Of a stretch of 64,000 nt of DNA, positions 58,085-64,000 are shown piece by piece. Each line of letters opens with the position of its first letter. Within the stretch, counting starts at the first letter, position 1. The notes under the pieces are model-generated. The model was not told where the DNA came from. It saw only the letters and a list, made by a program, of their open reading frames with translations, and made no database searches. This DNA is from Oikopleura dioica (lineage: Eukaryota > Animalia > Chordata), in contig OU015569.1 of NCBI GenBank assembly GCA_907165135.1, positions 1,550,001-1,614,000 of the forward strand, read 5' to 3'. The translations under genes and the position numbers were made by a program.

Positions 58085-60456
58085 ATGTTGAAATGCAAGT
58101 TATGCTCTTTCGAAACTCCCCTGAACAATATGAAAACGACTTACAATATAGAAAAGAAGATTCGGATACATCTTAGAGAACAGCATTCAAGTAGTATTCC
58201 AACAAAACCCGCCGAGATTGGATCCTTTTTTAAAAAGAATATTATTTATGCTAAAGGTGCGGGGATCCCCTTGTTTATAATAAGAGCCATAGAAAGCTTT
58301 TGATTGCATGTAGCTAAAATTTTTGTGGTTAAAATTGTCTTTTAGGCAACGAATCGGCGATAAGTCAAGTTCAGAAGTCAGCTCCAACGGAAGAGGTCCC
58401 GAAAAACGTTCAATTTGCGAAGCCTTCTGGTCTGCGAAAATCAACGAGAACCGTCAGCACAGGAGATGAGCCGATGACAAAAGGTAGAAGACTTTTTCTC
58501 AGAGGAAATTTAATAATTATTACGAAATTTCTCGCCCAGACCTCGGCGCAAGAAAGAAGACGGTCGATAAAGACACCATGATTCAATGCAAAATTTGCAC
58601 CTTCGTTGCACCCATAGTGACTGGAAGAGGACAAAGACCGGAAATATATGAAGCCAATGTTAGACGCCACATACGGGAGGTGCACGCTAAACTGCTCCCA
58701 AGAAGCAACAAAGATATTGGAATATTTTTAAGCAAGAATATCCGCTACTTACGAGGTATGTTTAATAAAATTCAAATATATTTATTTCTATTATAATAAA
58801 TACTAGCTAAATGTAGTGAATGACATGATACCTTGTTTTAGTAAAGAAATCTTAGTTCCGTAAAATTCATATTCTGAGAATTCAACTTTGAGTTCCCGCG
58901 ATCTGACAATTGGCCATTTTTAGGAGACGGGGCAGCCCACGCAGCTCCAGCGATATTGAGCCAGATAAAGAAAGAGCCCGAAATTACTATCGAGGAGCTA
59001 TCGCCTGAAGAGTCTTATCCTGAAGAGTTTTCAGAAGAAGAAGAGGACGAAGATGCTGAGCGAAGAATGAGCGCGATGGATACTGAAAACTGGGAAGAGA
59101 ATAAAGAGAACATGAGCGAAGAGTCAAGAGCGAGAGAGAATCATTGCGAAGAAACTGAAAGAACGAACGAAGGCAGTGCCAAAGAGCAACAGAAAGAAAA
59201 AGAGCAAGCAGCGGAGAATAAAGAAGAGGAAAGTGAAGAAGAGCGCTTGCGTGAAATGTCCCGACAGGTGGACATTTTCAGTGGCTACATGATCCAGTTG
59301 CCGCAGGAACGAGTCGGAAATGAAAAAATAGACAAAAAGCACCTTGGCAAATATGGCGATTACTCGCGTCTGATTCCTCTGGAGAATCAACAAGGAACAT
59401 TTGAAGAATGTCCACGAGGTAAGAGCTTTATCGTTGCCCAATTAATATGCTCAAAAAAGCCTCTGGCCAATAAAAAGCCTGGTAATTCCAGGCTGGAATT
59501 TTCTAACGAACATTATTATCAGGCAAAACCTAACGATTGTCTTTTTAGAGATGTTCGTTCTTCCCGATAGCAGCAGAAAATGGAAACCCGTCAATCTCTG
59601 CGATGAGGAGATCGGCGAGACAAAGTGTTTCCGCTACCTGACGCCTCATGGCAACATCTCCGATCCTTACTATGGCCGTCTTGTCTACCTGCACGACACT
59701 CCCTTCACCAAGCGCACGGTTCGCGACGCGGAGGTGCCAGACAACGAGCTCTTCTGGTACCTTTTTGCTACAAACATGATCCAAACATGTCAAAAGAAGA
59801 GTACATAAAGATGGAGAGAAAGTTTCACAAGACGATGGAGGCGGTTCAGACGCCGGAGCAACTCGCTGACATTGTTCGAAAATCACATCGCGAAGTTGAA
59901 GAGGAAGAGAATCGGACGCAAGGCACAAGTTCTTCGACCGGCGCCGACTCGCAGGTGCAGGCGGAAAAATCCAAGAAAAACGAGTTTTCTGACTTGGGTC
60001 TTGATATGAGCGATGAGGAGGAAGACGAGGGCATTGTTGAGGCAGCAAATAAAGACCCCTCGATTGATGATGACATGGAAAAGTGCCTGAAAGGACTGGA
60101 GCTGTCTGATGAGGAAGAAGACGAAGATGAAGAGGGAAGCGAGAATGTCGACGGCAAACAGGCGCGAAAAGAATGGATGAAAAAGCAGAAAGCGGATCTT
60201 ATCGAGAAGATCGCCAGAGCAATTCACAAGAATATCATGCTCACTAAAAGGGAGAAAGAGGTAAAGAGTTTTCTACGCGAAAAGAATCCGCTTGCTTACA
60301 TTTATATTATAGATCGATGATGAAATGGACAGGCTCATGCAAAATCGATCCGACGAGATCGAACGACGAATCGAGGAACGCTACACTTGCGGAACATGCG
60401 GAAAGATGCTCGATTCTGTTAAGGCAACCAGAGTTCCAAAACTAGCGAAATCGTGA
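58085..60456 (+). CDS. Zinc-finger gene: finger exon 3 (58085-58256), linker exon (58346-58483), finger exon 4 (58540-58755), acidic constant exons (58924 onward)
   Basis: The finger, linker and first constant exons join in phase 1 with GT-AG. One apparent missing T at 59762-59766 joins WYLF to CYKHDPN. Stop TGA at 60456. Confidence 0.65.
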
Positions 60457-60752
60457 TTTTAGTTTAGCTCTAAAGCTTTGTCTTGATTACTTGAAATCTT
60501 TTGAACTCTGAATCAGGGAGTTCCAGAAGCGAAACACGAGCATTTCTGCAAACTGGCCTCCAACATCTAGCTCCAGAAAGTCACAACAACATTCTCCACA
60601 ACATTTTTCTTCACACCAAAGCCCATTTTGGCGACTATTTCACTGTCACTCACTCCTCAATAAAATTGAGATCAATCAATCCTCTTTTTCTTCCTTTGTT
60701 ACATTTCTTGCATGAATCAACACAGATAGTTACAGTTCGCGCTCGTTTAAGA

Positions 60753-62378
60753 ATGACAGGGGAGATCGTAATAAAGCTAACGTCGCCAGACTTCCCTGAA
60801 ATCGAAGCGGAAGCGATCGAAGTTCCGCTCACTACGGGACCAGAAGAGCTCAAGGTGATCTTTCTTAATGTTTAGGACGTAAATTAACCCTACGATTGTA
60901 GACACTGGTGAAAGGGCTCAATGCAGAACTCGAAGAAGGAGTTCAACTCGACTTTCTCCTGCGCGACCAGTTGATTCGACAATCGTTGGCGAAGCACTTG
61001 GACGAAAACGCCATCGAGACAGATGTCAAGTTGGAAATTCTAGTTCTGAAAAAGCAAGATGCGCCTGTGCCAGAGAACTCTTACTCAGCTGAAGATTGGA
61101 TATCAGACATTTCCTGTAGAGGGGATCAAGGAATGGTCCTTATTGCAAAATATTGAATCAGATTCAATGAATCTTGCCTTTTTAAAGTGTCTTATCCAGG
61201 ATAATCTATCCTGATGGCAATTTGTTAGCTTGATTGCATAAGAACCGGATAAAGTATTACTTGCATCGTACGATGGAACGGTAGCACTGTGGGATGCTGA
61301 AGAAGACGAAGTACTCTTTAGTGTCAATTGCTCGAGAAACGTTGACCAGAGCGAGCCGATCAAATGTGTCGCCTGGGTGCACTCAGAGAAAGAAGACAGT
61401 TTTTGCAGCGGGAAGTATGGATGGCGACGTGGCTGTATTTAGATGGGAGAATGATCGCTCGAAAAAGGCTGTTCCCATGTACTCCCTCAGGTAAGGCTGT
61501 AAAATAAGAAACTTTACTAACCATTTTTTCCAGAGGACATCATGGATCAGTAGACACTGTGGCCTGCCCGAGTGAGGGTGTGATTGTGAGCGGCGGGCAA
61601 GACAAAAAAGTAAGAATTTGGAAAGACATCGCGGACCTTCCTCTGGGATGGGAAGAGCTTTCCGCCAAGAAACGAGCCAAACGAGAAGAAAGAGGAGAGG
61701 TTAAAACCTCAGGTAAGATATTTTTATCTTGCGACGTAGAAGTAAAACTGAGTAGATACGATTATGGAAGGACATACTGAGTCAGTCTCGTGCTCGACTG
61801 TTTTGTCGAAGGAAGAAGTAGCGACGGCCGGAATGGACAACACTTTGAGAATCTGGGACTTGAACAAAATGGCCGAATCGAACACGCTCTCGGGAGTCAA
61901 GGCTTTCTTCGACATTGACTACTCCAAGCACTCGAATCTCATTGCCTCGGGAAGTAGCGACAGACATGTGCGGCTTTGGGACCCTAGAACGACCACTGGA
62001 AAGGTAAGACTGGTGCTTTATAAAGCCTTTTTGTGTGATCGCGAAACTCGTCCTTTCTTTCTTTATATTAACTTATAGGTTTCTGCGCAATCACTTACCT
62101 CTCATTCTCTTTGGGTCTCAACAGTGCGGTGGAATCCAAACGACAAGAATCAGCTGTTGAGTGGAAGCTACGATAATGTTGTAAAAATGTGGGACGTGCG
62201 CAGTACCAAGACGCCACTGTATGACATGCAAAAGCATGAAGATAAGGTACGTCTAAGTTATAAAAAGCGGATGTTGACGTATTCACTTATTTAGGTCCTT
62301 TGTTCGGATTGGTCCAGGTCGAAGTTGGTTGTTTCCGGTGGCTCTGATAAACAGATTCATAGCTACCGTGTCAAGTAG
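60753..62378 (+). CDS. WDR12: Ribosome biogenesis protein WDR12 (Ytm1), multi-exon
   Basis: NLE-type N-terminus [25 protein letters not shown]; WD40 repeats [21 protein letters not shown] and [30 protein letters not shown]. Confidence 0.92.
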
Positions 62379-62650
62379 AATGTTATTTTTTGCGAATAAA
62401 TGCTGCCCTGCCTCAAAGTTTTCAAGAAGAAATGAACCTCATGCTTTTTCATGCATGAGTATCATAGTATGCTTTCCTTGTTTTGAGTTGTTGAGCGTTG
62501 TGTAGACAGAAGTTGATAGAAGTGAACTTTGTGAAAGAGAAACAAGATCAGGATTGTAACTTTTTAACTGAAGGAAAACTGCGGAGGCATTGATTGACTT
62601 TTTTAGACAGCGGATTTAAATTTTCTTTGGAAAGATTGATTAAGGAATGA

Positions 62651-64000
62651 TCAGCTCACACGCCAGTTGTTTTGAATCGGACTCATCTTTGGCTCGTCTA
62701 AATCGTCGCTAGAAGGCTGCGAGGAAGGTTCTGTTTGCTCTTCGACCGCGCTCAAGTTTCTTGAGTTGACGAGGTCGCCGGAAGAAACCGCTGGGTCATT
62801 TGGATTGTTCAGTACTGTGGTGATTGTCGGCGGCGCTGGCACTTCTCTTGTCTGCCCGTCGCAGAGCGTGACGACGCGGTTCGAAACTGGTTCAACGGGC
62901 GAACCTAGGGCAGAATCAGCATTGCTCGGCTGCTTTTCGGACTTGAGATCCAAGTTCATTGATTCACGATTGTTTTGCGATGCTTGGAACTCGTGCTCAT
63001 CCACATGGCTATCGCCTTCAGATCTTGCAGAACCTAAAATTTCACGGTCTTAAATTCAGCATGATATTTCAAAGTATCAACTTAATTCTACTCACCGAAT
63101 CTATCTCCTTTTCTAAACGAGTGCTGGTGGACGAACTCATTGGGCCCACCGCGTTCTCGGTACGGATTGATGATCCTACTGCTGCCAATAAACGATTCAG
63201 AACCGTCGCTTCTATTGGACTCAGCGTAGCTCAGCAATCTACGACGCTGATTCCGCTCTGAGCCGCGTGAACGAATAGACATTTTCGACATTAGATGATT
63301 TGACTCCAGATGCCCCGCCAGAAGATGCGAGCGACTATTTCCAATGTCTCCTTCGTTTAAATCGAGCACGGACTCTAGGGGCACAAAGTCTGCATCTGGC
63401 TTCACACCAATATTCGCCGTCGATCCTAGAAACAAAAGACTGGTAAACGGATGAATCTCGGTCTTATTTACCGAGGAATGGCTCTTTCTTGTGTTCTAGC
63501 GCGTCTTCAGTGTATGGAGCTTCGGCGAAAGTCTTTCCAACCCAAATATCTTCGTCGTCGGAATCGGTGGGTGAGACATTATGAAGGGTATCGACGGCGA
63601 GGAAAGATACTTCCAAGTTTCTATCGATAATCATGTTCACTTCATAATCTTCGTCGTCCATTCCGAAAGGATTGATCAGCTGCTCTGCGACCTTCATCCA
63701 TCCCATGTAGAAAAAGAATTCTAGCAGCGTATAAATCGGTAGGATTCCATAGAAATGCTCGTCCGAGTCTGAAACTCTGGTCGTATTCAGTGGAGAACAA
63801 TCCTCTGTGCCGAGCATTTTCTGGCGGCCAAAAAGGGCAAGCACGAAGTATCCATAGACCGCCACGCAGACCACTTAAAATGATGGTAAATTTCAATTTC
63901 CTTCGTAACTTCTATTCTTGTAGATTCTTACCTTGCGTGTAAACAAGTGGTATACAAATCCAATCATAACTTTGAAGCATTCCCAAATTGCCTCGATAGC
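62651..64000 (-). CDS. BEST: Bestrophin chloride channel, 3' part (gene continues beyond window)
   Basis: VAVYGYFVLALFGRQ and LLEFFFYMGWMKVAEQLINPFGMDDEDYEVNMIIDRNLEVSFLAVD. Confidence 0.93.

Overview
Compact eukaryotic genomic DNA. Tiny introns, frequent GA-AG and GC-AG donors and tightly packed co-oriented genes suggest an appendicularian tunicate such as Oikopleura (inference). The first 31 kb holds an operon-like run of + strand genes: INTS10, two tandem GALNTs, a MacroD, synaptojanin, LRP5/6, ATP synthase subunit c and U2SURP. U2SURP is split inside its RRM exon by a young 6.5-kb Ty3/gypsy LTR retrotransposon with apparently identical 256-bp LTRs. KIF18, a carboxylesterase and NCS-1 follow. 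The accessory region (39.7-60.5 kb) contains a 4.3-kb foldback element with hAT-like ends, several MITEs (three inside coding exons), a ZP-like/mucin gene, an intronless HhH ORF, a PLA2-like pseudo-enzyme and an array of atypical zinc-finger exons. WDR12 and the 3' part of a bestrophin close the window. The strongest leads are two SH3 domains inserted into the synaptojanin 5-phosphatase domain, a possible variable-first-exon zinc-finger cassette, and a five-copy family of apparently spliced, polyadenylated non-coding units. All calls come from reading the sequence and recalling protein motifs; no searches were run.
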